A DNA stretch of 64,000 bases from Candidatus Latescibacterota bacterium. Its GTDB lineage: Bacteria > Latescibacterota > UBA2968 > UBA8231. How positions within the stretch are numbered: the stretch's first letter is position 1; every line of letters begins with the position of its first letter. Location of the stretch: contig OZ241867.1 in assembly GCA_965203175.1 (NCBI GenBank), forward strand, positions 1,248,001 to 1,312,000. Direction: 5' to 3'. The position numbers and the translations under genes were made by a program. Of this stretch, positions 49,717-58,403 are shown piece by piece. The notes under the pieces are model-generated. The model had not been told where the DNA came from, did not search any database, and saw only the letters and a list, made by a program, of their open reading frames with translations.

Positions 49717-50283
49717 ATGACAGAGAAAGAATGGACTGAAAGAATGGCTCACTGTCTTCAGGATGCGTTGAGCGAGACTCCATATAAGACGTGCCTAATA
49801 GAGGTTGGGAGAAAAATTCCATATGGGTTTGAAATTCGATCATATGAGAACGATGATCCGAAGCCAAACGTTAATCAGTACGAAACAGATCTGGTCATTC
49901 TCGATTGTGAAAGCGAGCAATCTTGGAAGCCTCGTGTCATTGTTGAAGCAAAAAAAAGGAACGTTACAACTCATGATGCGATCACTTATTCTCAGAAGGC
50001 ACTATCACACAAGACTGTACACCCCTATCTCCGCTATGGAATCATGCTTGGAGATAGGAAACATCATCCGTTACCAGGGAGACTCTACCGACATGGCGCG
50101 CACTTTGACTTCATGATTTCCTTCGTAGGGAGTAGACCAAACAAAGCAGAGATAGATACATTTGGGGAGATCATACGTGCCGAAATAGATGCTTCTCGGA
50201 AATTGGAGAAGATCATCTATGAGAGTCGTCAGCGTGACCGGGATCATTACACGATTTTGCATAAGAAGTTACGTCTAGAATGA
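49717..50283 (+). CDS. Cassette 4: hypothetical protein with PD-(D/E)xK-like motif
   Basis: TEKEW (E helix), YETDLVI, VIVEAK, then a Y..K motif. Confidence 0.65.
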   Translation: MTEKEWTERMAHCLQDALSETPYKTCLIEVGRKIPYGFEIRSYENDDPKPNVNQYETDLVILDCESEQSWKPRVIVEAKKRNVTTHDAITYSQKALSHKTVHPYLRYGIMLGDRKHHPLPGRLYRHGAHFDFMISFVGSRPNKAEIDTFGEIIRAEIDASRKLEKIIYESRQRDRDHYTILHKKLRLE

Positions 50284-50290
50284 GTCGGAC

Positions 50291-50315
50291 GCCTAACACG
50301 GTGCTTCAGCCGACG
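50291..50315 (+). other. Truncated attC site 4 (left half only)
   Basis: GACGCCTAAC complements the cassette start GTTAGGCGTC; GCTTCAGC L'' box is present, then AT-rich sequence without L' or R'. Confidence 0.8.
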
Positions 50316-50358
50316 TATTTTTTATTGATAGCAAAATATATACCTGTGGGAGACGATA

Positions 50359-50589
50359 ATGCGCGAATCGGATCTCTTAGCCCGTATCACAATTGATCCA
50401 GAACAATGTGGAGGACGTCCCTGCATCCGGGGAATGCGCATCCGCGTCAACGACGTACTCGAACTCCTCGCCGCTGGCGAGACGCCCGAGCAAATCCTAG
50501 CAGACTATTCCTATCTCCAGCCGGATGATATTGCCGCTAGTCTTCTGTACGCGGTGCATCAGCTTGATCACCCCATTCTAGCCGCCTAG
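50359..50589 (+). CDS. DUF433 antitoxin-like protein
   Basis: RITIDPEQCGGRPCIRGMRIRV..VLELLAAG. Confidence 0.93.
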   Translation: MRESDLLARITIDPEQCGGRPCIRGMRIRVNDVLELLAAGETPEQILADYSYLQPDDIAASLLYAVHQLDHPILAA

Positions 50590-50605
50590 GATTGGGGGCG
50601 TCACA

Positions 50606-50821
50606 GTGGGCGATGAGTCGAATCGCGCCGAGACGCTCCAATTCTGGATCGACGCTCAACTGCCGCCCGCTCTGGCACAATGGCTACAGCGGGCACACGG
50701 CACCGAGGCGAGGCACGTCGAAGACCTTGGGCTCCACCGTGCGGAGGACACGAAGATCTTCACCGAGGCGCGGGCAACGTCCCGCCGATATTTCAATAGA
50801 CGATCGACACCATTCGGCTGA
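50606..50821 (+). pseudogene. Truncated DUF5615 PIN-like toxin
   Basis: FWIDAQLPPALA...HV.DLGL..AEDTKIF; stops before the expected T.D.DF motif and runs into the convergent gene. Confidence 0.8.
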
Positions 50822-53078
50822 CGCTCTGGCTGCGGGCGTCGCTTTCCACTTTGAGCCGTAGAAAGTAGTGGCCGGGCAGCACCAGGTCGCCCGATTGGTC
50901 TCGTCCGTCCCAGACCAGTTCTTGGGCGCCGGCCAGCGCTTGTCCCGAAATCTGGCGCACCCGGCGGCCGGCCAGGTCGAAAAGCTCCAGTTTCAGCGGT
51001 CTGTGCTCCAGCACGTTGATCAGGTTCAGGCTGATGAAGAGGCGGTCACCTATGCCGTCGCCATTGGGTGTGAGCACTCTGGGGTACACGGAGAGACGGG
51101 CAAAGAGGGCGCGATCCAGGGGCAACTCGACGATATTGGTACTGCTTTCGACCTGTGGGTTGGCGTCACCCGGTTCGACCCGCTGGCGCACGTCCGGGCC
51201 TAGCTGGCTGTCTTCGAGAAAGAGGTCAAAACGCGTGGCCTGCAGGAAAGCGGCGGCCTCAAAGCGCATCTCCACCAGTTCGCCGCTCTGCACCCGGCGG
51301 GGGAACTGCAAACGGAAGCCGGCGCTGTCCTCTTGCGCCTGGACCTCGATGGGCGCGCCATCGAGGCGGGTGTCGACAAAGCGCAGGGGCGTGGAGGCCT
51401 CTATGGCCAGCCGGTCAAAGCCTTCGCGAGTAGCAGGGGCGCGCAGCCAGTAGGAAAAGGTCACCGTGGTGCCCGGCTCGACTTGGAAGGGGTAGACCTC
51501 GGCGCTGACGCGTTCGGCGATGGGATCGGCGAAGTCTAGGCTCACCCAGTCTATGGAGGGTGCCTGCAGGGGAGAGTCGCTCACCAGACGCGCGTCGAGC
51601 TGGACGAAGCGCCTGAGCGAGGGCGAGAGGAAGGTCTGGCCGGAGGCCGCGTAGATATTGCTCCAGGGACTCCAGTCGCCGCCGGGCGCAGAGGTAGTAT
51701 CGATGGGGCCGCGGAAAGAGGGAATGAGCTTGTCCCACCTCCTTGCGGTGACTTCTTTGAGATTCTTGTCGTAGTAGGTGAAATTCTGCTCCAGTTCGTT
51801 GCCCGAGCGGCTGCGCAGTTCGAGCCGGGTGCCGACGGGCACATCGGCGCCCCAGCGGAGGGCGTTGACATTCTTCCGGCCTCCGAGATCGAGGATGGGG
51901 GAATCGAAGCGCACCTCGCGCGGAAAACCCTCGCTGAAGACCATGATCTCCGCAGTGTGGCCACTGGAGTAGCAATCGGGCGCGCTAGTGCCGGATGCGG
52001 TGGTACAACTGGCGTCCCAAGTCTTGAAGAGGATGCGCAGGAAACGCGTGGGGATGGGGGCGAAGTGGTGCGCGACCATGCCCTGGCGCCGGGTGGCACG
52101 CGGCAGGACGCCGGAAAAGTGCTTGGTCCAGTGCAGCGAGCCGTCCGCGGCCAGCGAGCCGTCCGAGGTCATCATCTCGTGGAAGTTCATACTGAAATGC
52201 CGCCCGCGATCGATATGGCCGATGTGGTGCACTTGGTCGACCCAGTAGACGGCGCCCAGGTCCAGGATGATCCAGGCCCAGACATCGTTGGAGGCGCGCG
52301 GGACTCGGCCGCTGCGCCACCAGGTGTTGATCCGGCCGTCGATCAGCAGCAGGGCATTGGTCAGCGTCGCTTCGACGAAATCTGTGCCGCCGGTGCCGAT
52401 GATGATCTCGACGGCTCCACCCCGCTCGCGCAAGTCCGAGACCAAGTTGTCGCCCAGGGCTTCCACTTCGATTTCGACCAGCCGCGCATCGGGCGCGGCC
52501 TTGAGCGCTTCGAGACGCGCGAACTGGATCGGCGTTGGGGGTATGGCAGGAATGGCGAAGTCGACTCGGTGGGCGCTGTTTGCGCCGAAGCGCTCGGCGA
52601 TGCGGTAGGTCAGGGTGCCGGGGACCGGGACATCGGCTACGTCGATGAACTGCTCCCCGGTGGACAGCAGTAGGTTGAAAATCTCAAAAGGGGGTGCAGC
52701 GTCGTCGAAGACCAGGGAGACACGGCTAGCCGGCACGCCGCGGCCCAGGTCCACCTCGACCCAGCCCGTCTTTTCGAGGTCGCCCGAGGCGGGCTGCCAG
52801 CCGGTCGTAGGGTCGCCGTCGAAGACTAGGGCTGCGGTGGCGCGGTTGGACCCGGCATCGCGGAGGCCGCCGCCATGGTCTAGGGCATCGAGTGCGGCAT
52901 TGATGTTTTTGCGAACCGCCAAAGGACGGACGACCCCCTGGGGCGTCAGTTCGACGATCCCCAAGGGCAGGGTCCACTGGCGCCACTGGGCGGCGTTGTC
53001 GAAGCGCAATTCCTCGGCATTGAGCGGAGCAGCCGCAACAAGCGCCAGCACGGCGCAGCGCAGATGTTTGGGTTTCAT
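50793..53078 (-). CDS. Exported discoidin-like protein with FlgD-Ig/CHU_C-like C-terminal domain
   Basis: Signal peptide; VDLG/LDLG domains; WSPWS; tail VLTPNGDGIGD...FDLAGRRV...WDGRD...PGHY. Confidence 0.78.
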   Translation of the reverse strand: MKPKHLRCAVLALVAAAPLNAEELRFDNAAQWRQWTLPLGIVELTPQGVVRPLAVRKNINAALDALDHGGGLRDAGSNRATAALVFDGDPTTGWQPASGDLEKTGWVEVDLGRGVPASRVSLVFDDAAPPFEIFNLLLSTGEQFIDVADVPVPGTLTYRIAERFGANSAHRVDFAIPAIPPTPIQFARLEALKAAPDARLVEIEVEALGDNLVSDLRERGGAVEIIIGTGGTDFVEATLTNALLLIDGRINTWWRSGRVPRASNDVWAWIILDLGAVYWVDQVHHIGHIDRGRHFSMNFHEMMTSDGSLAADGSLHWTKHFSGVLPRATRRQGMVAHHFAPIPTRFLRILFKTWDASCTTASGTSAPDCYSSGHTAEIMVFSEGFPREVRFDSPILDLGGRKNVNALRWGADVPVGTRLELRSRSGNELEQNFTYYDKNLKEVTARRWDKLIPSFRGPIDTTSAPGGDWSPWSNIYAASGQTFLSPSLRRFVQLDARLVSDSPLQAPSIDWVSLDFADPIAERVSAEVYPFQVEPGTTVTFSYWLRAPATREGFDRLAIEASTPLRFVDTRLDGAPIEVQAQEDSAGFRLQFPRRVQSGELVEMRFEAAAFLQATRFDLFLEDSQLGPDVRQRVEPGDANPQVESSTNIVELPLDRALFARLSVYPRVLTPNGDGIGDRLFISLNLINVLEHRPLKLELFDLAGRRVRQISGQALAGAQELVWDGRDQSGDLVLPGHYFLRLKVESDARSQSVSRMVSIVY

Positions 53079-53292
53079 CAAGGCCGATCCTTTGCGTTAG
53101 GAAGCCATCCAGGAGAATAATAGACAGCCTGGTTATCTAACCGCCTTGTCGAAACACCCTCTGTTGCTCTCATTATACGCCCTCTGCGCTCGGGGGACAA
53201 GAGGGAGCGCCAGAGATTCGCCTTATTCACTCATGTCGCCGTCCTATTGCTGACTTCCCATTCGCCCGCATCAACGACCGGCCGCCAAGAGC

Positions 53293-54930
53293 TCACAGTT
53301 TGCTCGAAGGCCATGCAAAAGGGCGCCGGCCGTCGTGCCCGTACGTGAAGAGCGCTGTCCGCCTCGGTGACTCAGCCTCCCAGCGGTACGCCCCGTGACA
53401 GACCGTCCCTCCCAAAAAGAAGAGAACAGACCCGCGACGCATTGGAATGTGGCGGATCGGCGCGCGCTCGTTGCAGGTCCGCACCGAATGCGGCAAGGGG
53501 TAGCACGATTTGTGACTGCCTGGCACTACGACAAATCCGCCATCGTCGGGCCCGACGTCGTTGAGCTGCCAGGCGACGTTGATGCCCGACCTCGTGTGCA
53601 CGCGCCCGTTTACTATCTCGTAGTGCTTGCCGATGCAGGTCGGGTTGGCGTTCCCCGAGTGTAGCATCTGCCCGCTCGAGCCTTTGACGTGGCACAGGGC
53701 CGTGTTCTGAGTTACCCTGTACCCTGGTCCAATCATCCAGTTCAGGCGCTGTATGACAGCCGGATGCGCCAGCATTTTGAGAAAAGGCGCATTGTACGGT
53801 GCCGGTAGCTGAAACAAGTCCTTCAGGTCCGGCCGGCCCGTGCCTGAGATCGTCGGTGCCCCAGGGATGTCGGCAAGCGTCACGTCCCCGTCGAGCTTGT
53901 TGTCGCCTACGCCCCGGTACACTAGGCGATCAAGGTTGGCGTCGATGCCCGCCACGGCCGCATCGACCCAATCATCGTCCATGACGCCCTCGACCAACAG
54001 GAAGCCCTGGGTGTCAAACGCCCAGCGCTCGGCATGATCATCCCGGCGTTCGAACTCGAGGGCAGAGGAGGCCCTCTGCGCCGCGTCGGCATCGGCGGCG
54101 GAGGTGAGCCAGGTGGTAGTGCCGTCCGATAGGAGCAGGCGACGCGAGTCGCCGCCCGCCAGCACGGTTTGCTCAGCCTCGCCCAGCCCTTCCGCCCATG
54201 CGGGCAGGGGCTGCTTGTCCTGCTGGTCAGGTGGTCCGTGTGGCCGAGCCGTGCGCGAGATGAAATTTACCACGAGTAGCTCGCCCTCATCGCCCTGCGG
54301 GCAGATCCCGTGCAGCGCGCTGGCGGCGCACAGTAGCACGTCGCCCGCCGCCAGCGCCGGGCGCTCGGCGAAGCGGCTGGAGGATGGAAGCGGTGGGGCT
54401 GGCAGCCCGCTCTTGTGCGAGGAGGGCACTACCACCAGCGGACACTTGCCTTCTGCGGAGTCCGTGAGGGCGATGACCACCACCAGCCCTTGGCACTGCC
54501 GGATGCGAACTTCTTCCCAGGTGCCGCCGGCCCGCGTAAGCTGAGTTCCGTCGGCGTTGCGGCCATTCCATCCCGCTATGTTGATGTACGCCCGGTCCAG
54601 CGTGTGCACCCCGCCTTCCAGTGGCAGCGAGGCTTCATCGTACTCTCCTGCGGCGGCGGCAGGGATGTGCCTCGCAGGGCCGTCTTGGCGAAAGCCATCG
54701 CCGCACAGTTCGTGCACGTAGCGTCCGACGGTGCCGGCCTCGCTGCAGAGATCGCCCAACCCATCGCCGCTGTCGCGGCACGCGGACAGTTCAGCCTGGC
54801 TGAGGAGCTGCGGCAGCACGACAAACCCGAGCGCGTCGAAGGTGAAATTCTGCTCTGTGGTAAGGATCGATGGCTCGTGTACGTGCGTCGCCTCGTTCCA
54901 GTGGTTCACGGTGTAGGTGTCGATGCCCAT
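53293..54930 (-). CDS. Tandem two-domain phytanoyl-CoA dioxygenase (PhyH)-like Fe/2OG protein
   Basis: Two F...GF.V / VVP.SHKS / G.VL...HG units. Confidence 0.8.
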   Translation of the reverse strand: MGIDTYTVNHWNEATHVHEPSILTTEQNFTFDALGFVVLPQLLSQAELSACRDSGDGLGDLCSEAGTVGRYVHELCGDGFRQDGPARHIPAAAAGEYDEASLPLEGGVHTLDRAYINIAGWNGRNADGTQLTRAGGTWEEVRIRQCQGLVVVIALTDSAEGKCPLVVVPSSHKSGLPAPPLPSSSRFAERPALAAGDVLLCAASALHGICPQGDEGELLVVNFISRTARPHGPPDQQDKQPLPAWAEGLGEAEQTVLAGGDSRRLLLSDGTTTWLTSAADADAAQRASSALEFERRDDHAERWAFDTQGFLLVEGVMDDDWVDAAVAGIDANLDRLVYRGVGDNKLDGDVTLADIPGAPTISGTGRPDLKDLFQLPAPYNAPFLKMLAHPAVIQRLNWMIGPGYRVTQNTALCHVKGSSGQMLHSGNANPTCIGKHYEIVNGRVHTRSGINVAWQLNDVGPDDGGFVVVPGSHKSCYPLPHSVRTCNERAPIRHIPMRRGSVLFFLGGTVCHGAYRWEAESPRRTALFTYGHDGRRPFAWPSSKL

Positions 54931-55110
54931 AGTTAGACCTCGATGGATTCTGGAGGGTGGATGGTGTTTTCTGGCATCTCTCCGTCCGACTCAACCCATT
55001 CAACATCCGCGACTATGCTACCTACCGAAAACACCGCTACGGCGGCAAACTAAACAAAGTTCGCGTATCTTACAACTACGGCTCCTATTGAGCAAACTTC
55101 AGGAGAAAAA

Positions 55111-56631
55111 TTGAAAGAGATCCACTTCTGTAAAATCGCAATAGCGCTCATTCTGGGCTTTCCCCTACTGGGGGAGTCGACGACGAAGCTGAGCAAAGGG
55201 GAGATCATGTTCGAGCGGATCGGCAAAGGTATCAACGTGGATGTCTCCCATCTTGAAGGTGGTCCACCCGAAAAGGTGCTGTATGATCCTGCCCAGTACG
55301 ATGCCGTCAAGGCCGCGGGATTCCAAAGCATCCGCTTCTTCGTTGTCGCTGGGGAAGATCCTGCTATCTACAAAACCAGGATACAGGACGCGTTTGACCG
55401 AGACCTTGCTGTCGTGATCTGCTTGTGGGGGAGCGGTCAATGGGCATCGGAGCCGAAAGAGGGGATACAGGAGTTTGTCGCAATTTGGGATAGAATTGCC
55501 AAGTACTACAAGGACTACCCCGGCAGCCTTGTCTTTGAACTTTGGAACGAACCGGCAGGGCTGATAGTGAAACCGGGAGGGATTCAGGGGATAAAGGACG
55601 GCAAAACCGTTATGGAATACCTCAACGCGGCAATCCCCATCATCAGGAAGACCAACCCAGACCGCATTCTCGGAATCGGCGGACCTGGCTTTAACGGGGG
55701 CCGTGAACTCGAGGAATTCGTCACGCCGGAATATCTGACGTACAGGCTGGAAGACGGCTCGGGGTTTGCGGACGACGCCAATATCATCGGCATCTTCCAC
55801 ATGTATCAACCGCACAAGTTCACGCATGGAACCTCGGGGCTAGACGAAGTTCCTAAGTGGAAGGACGAAGTGAGAGAGCAGATGTCACACCCGGTGGCAT
55901 GGTCGAAGAAATGGAGGAAGCCTCTGCTGCTGAGCGAATGGGGCGCTTGGGTGCCGCCCTGCCATACAGTTGAAGACTTCAAGGCCTATATTGGGTTTGT
56001 AGCCGACGAATGCAAGAAACACAACATCGGCTGGATGTATTATTGTGCAGGTTTCAACAACCAATGGGCCTTCAACATTCTCAATACCGAGGACGGTTGG
56101 AACCAGGACGCACTTGATATTCTTACGGAAGTCACAGCCCCCCCGCCCCCGCCCATGTCGCCACTTATCAATTCGGAGTTCAGCAGCGGAACCGCTCACT
56201 GGACCAGCGAAGGGTCCGTGCAGATGTCCGTGGCGAGGAGCGCAGGCCTGAGCGGCTTGGCTGCACTCAAAGTGGAAAGCAAAAAATCGGACCGTGCCGA
56301 AATCTATCAGGAAACTCCCAAGAGAAAGTGGAGTCCTCCGGGCAGGTACCTGATCTCCCTGAGAAAGGGAAGGCTCTATAAGGTATCCTTCTTGGCCAAG
56401 TCCGTGGGTGGGATGGGAACTCTCAAGGTGCGATTGGCCGACGTCTCCGGTTCGAGTGATGGATTTTGGACATCCACGCCGGTGACAATCTCGAACGCAA
56501 AAAGGGAATATGCGATTGAGTACAAGCATACCGGCAGGGATGTAAGAGATGTCCGGGTGGCGTTCCTGTTTGGCGACAGAGACCAGATTATCCTGCTGGA
56601 TCGAATTGCACTGCACGGCTACCGGGAATAG
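55111..56631 (+). CDS. Glycoside hydrolase family 5 with C-terminal CBM4/9-like module
   Basis: GIN, GFQSIRF, FELWNEP (acid/base), FHMY, LSEWG (nucleophile); INSEFSSG..HW CBM start. Confidence 0.88.
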   Translation: MKEIHFCKIAIALILGFPLLGESTTKLSKGEIMFERIGKGINVDVSHLEGGPPEKVLYDPAQYDAVKAAGFQSIRFFVVAGEDPAIYKTRIQDAFDRDLAVVICLWGSGQWASEPKEGIQEFVAIWDRIAKYYKDYPGSLVFELWNEPAGLIVKPGGIQGIKDGKTVMEYLNAAIPIIRKTNPDRILGIGGPGFNGGRELEEFVTPEYLTYRLEDGSGFADDANIIGIFHMYQPHKFTHGTSGLDEVPKWKDEVREQMSHPVAWSKKWRKPLLLSEWGAWVPPCHTVEDFKAYIGFVADECKKHNIGWMYYCAGFNNQWAFNILNTEDGWNQDALDILTEVTAPPPPPMSPLINSEFSSGTAHWTSEGSVQMSVARSAGLSGLAALKVESKKSDRAEIYQETPKRKWSPPGRYLISLRKGRLYKVSFLAKSVGGMGTLKVRLADVSGSSDGFWTSTPVTISNAKREYAIEYKHTGRDVRDVRVAFLFGDRDQIILLDRIALHGYRE

Positions 56632-56697
56632 GTAGCTACAGATCTGGCCAGCATCAGCCTAGAGGCAACGGCTAAGGGGGTCCCTATCAGATAACCC

Positions 56698-58371
56698 CTA
56701 CTGCACGGCAAACGCTACCTCGAACCTGTCTTCGTGGATTGACACCTCTGACTCGTAGCGGTTGTGCAGTTCCTCCATGTACTCGTTGAACGCGTTTCGG
56801 TATCTCTTGCGTCTGAGCTGAGATCTGATACTCATCTCAGCTTCGGCGAAGGTCTCGCGCTTGCGTTCCCGGGAGAGCACCTTGAAGATAGAGTAGCCCT
56901 CCTGCACCTTGACCGGTCCCGTGAGCTCGCCGATTGCGGCCTCAACCGCAGCTTCCACGAAACCGCCGAACTGGGGCGATTCGTAACGGTGCACGTGGAA
57001 TCGACCCTCGTCATCCCGCACCTCGAGCGATCGAACCGAATGTTTCTTCGCTAGGTCGCCAAAAGCGGTGCCGTCCTCGATCATCCCTTTCAACCACAGT
57101 GCTTCTATTTCTGTTCTTACGAGGATCTCCTGCACCTCGGTCTGTTCGGGATGCAGGAATCTCCCAGCGTTGGCCTCGTAGTACTGGCGCAGGTCGTCTT
57201 CCGCGATAGTCACTCTCTCCTTTAACACCTTGGACCTGAGGACCCTTACCAATAGCTGCTTTTCCTGCTCTTCGAGCCATCGGACCACCGCCTCTTCGCG
57301 ATCAATTCCCTGGCGCACAGCCGCCTCCTGAATCATCACATCAGGGACGATGTACTGCTCGGCGAAGGAAACCACCTGCTCGGCGTCGCGGAGTGTCTCC
57401 AGGACATTGCCCTTGCGGCTCTTGGCCGCGCCGATGAGGTCGGCAGCGGTAATCTCTCCGCTGTCGTACTGGTAGAGTGCGATCGCAGAGGGGTCGTGGC
57501 CGACGTCCGCCGCACCGGGGCGCAGTGCCTCGACGGCAGCAGCTATGCCGTCTCGGACTGGCTCGAGGCGGTATTTATCCCTCAATTCCGCCACCAACTC
57601 GGCCTTCGCGATTCCATGCTTCTTTCGTTGGAGTTCTTCAGCGATTTTTATCCGCTGTCGCGGATTGAACTGAACGGTCGTCTCATCGAGGATCTTGAAG
57701 ACGGCGTATCGGTCGCCGATTCGAATTGGATCCGACACCGAGCCTACCGCGAGCCCGAACAGCTTGTCGGCGAGGCCGGGAATCATCTCGTACCTAGTGG
57801 TGAACCGACCTGTGTCCCCGCCCCGGGCCGCGGTCTCTTTGTGCATCGACCGCTTCCTCGCGACGTCCGCAAAGCTCGTCCCTCCCTCGATCTCCCTCGC
57901 GGCCTTCTCTGCCGTTTCGCGGTCGGCGACTAGGATGTCGCCCAGTCTGATCGCGCGGTCGAGTCCCTCCCGGTCTATGTACTCTTCTACTTCACCGTCT
58001 TCTACCGTTGCGTCGATCGTCCTTCGCTCGTACTCACTGACGAGCTTCGCCTTCCTGATCTGGATCACCCTAGTCATGTAGGGGGAACTCCTCTCGAGGC
58101 CCTGGCTTCGGGCTTCCATCAGCAGCAGTTCCATGTCGATCATGGTCTGCAGATGGTCCCTCAACGGCTCCTTCCCGGCTTCTTCGTCCTTGGCGTGCTC
58201 GGGCAGTTTGGCGAGGAAATCCCGCACGTCCCGTACAGTGATCGTCCGGTCTCCAACCTCCGCGACCGTGGGATTTTCATCCTGCGGTCCGCAGCCTGTG
58301 CAAATTAAAAGGAGCGCTAGGCTGCCTGCTTTCGCCACTGGTGCTCCGTAGGAGAAAAAAAAAGCGCGCAT
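56698..58371 (-). CDS. PpiC/SurA/PrsA-type peptidyl-prolyl isomerase lipoprotein (two parvulin domains)
   Basis: Lipobox-like ICTGC; VAEVG...IT; F.DVARKRS...GGD.G; FGDLAKKHS; P.K...GY.IFKV. Confidence 0.85.
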   Translation of the reverse strand: MRAFFFSYGAPVAKAGSLALLLICTGCGPQDENPTVAEVGDRTITVRDVRDFLAKLPEHAKDEEAGKEPLRDHLQTMIDMELLLMEARSQGLERSSPYMTRVIQIRKAKLVSEYERRTIDATVEDGEVEEYIDREGLDRAIRLGDILVADRETAEKAAREIEGGTSFADVARKRSMHKETAARGGDTGRFTTRYEMIPGLADKLFGLAVGSVSDPIRIGDRYAVFKILDETTVQFNPRQRIKIAEELQRKKHGIAKAELVAELRDKYRLEPVRDGIAAAVEALRPGAADVGHDPSAIALYQYDSGEITAADLIGAAKSRKGNVLETLRDAEQVVSFAEQYIVPDVMIQEAAVRQGIDREEAVVRWLEEQEKQLLVRVLRSKVLKERVTIAEDDLRQYYEANAGRFLHPEQTEVQEILVRTEIEALWLKGMIEDGTAFGDLAKKHSVRSLEVRDDEGRFHVHRYESPQFGGFVEAAVEAAIGELTGPVKVQEGYSIFKVLSRERKRETFAEAEMSIRSQLRRKRYRNAFNEYMEELHNRYESEVSIHEDRFEVAFAVQ

Positions 58372-58403
58372 CGTGCACCTCCACTCAAGCTCGCGTCTAT
58401 GCT

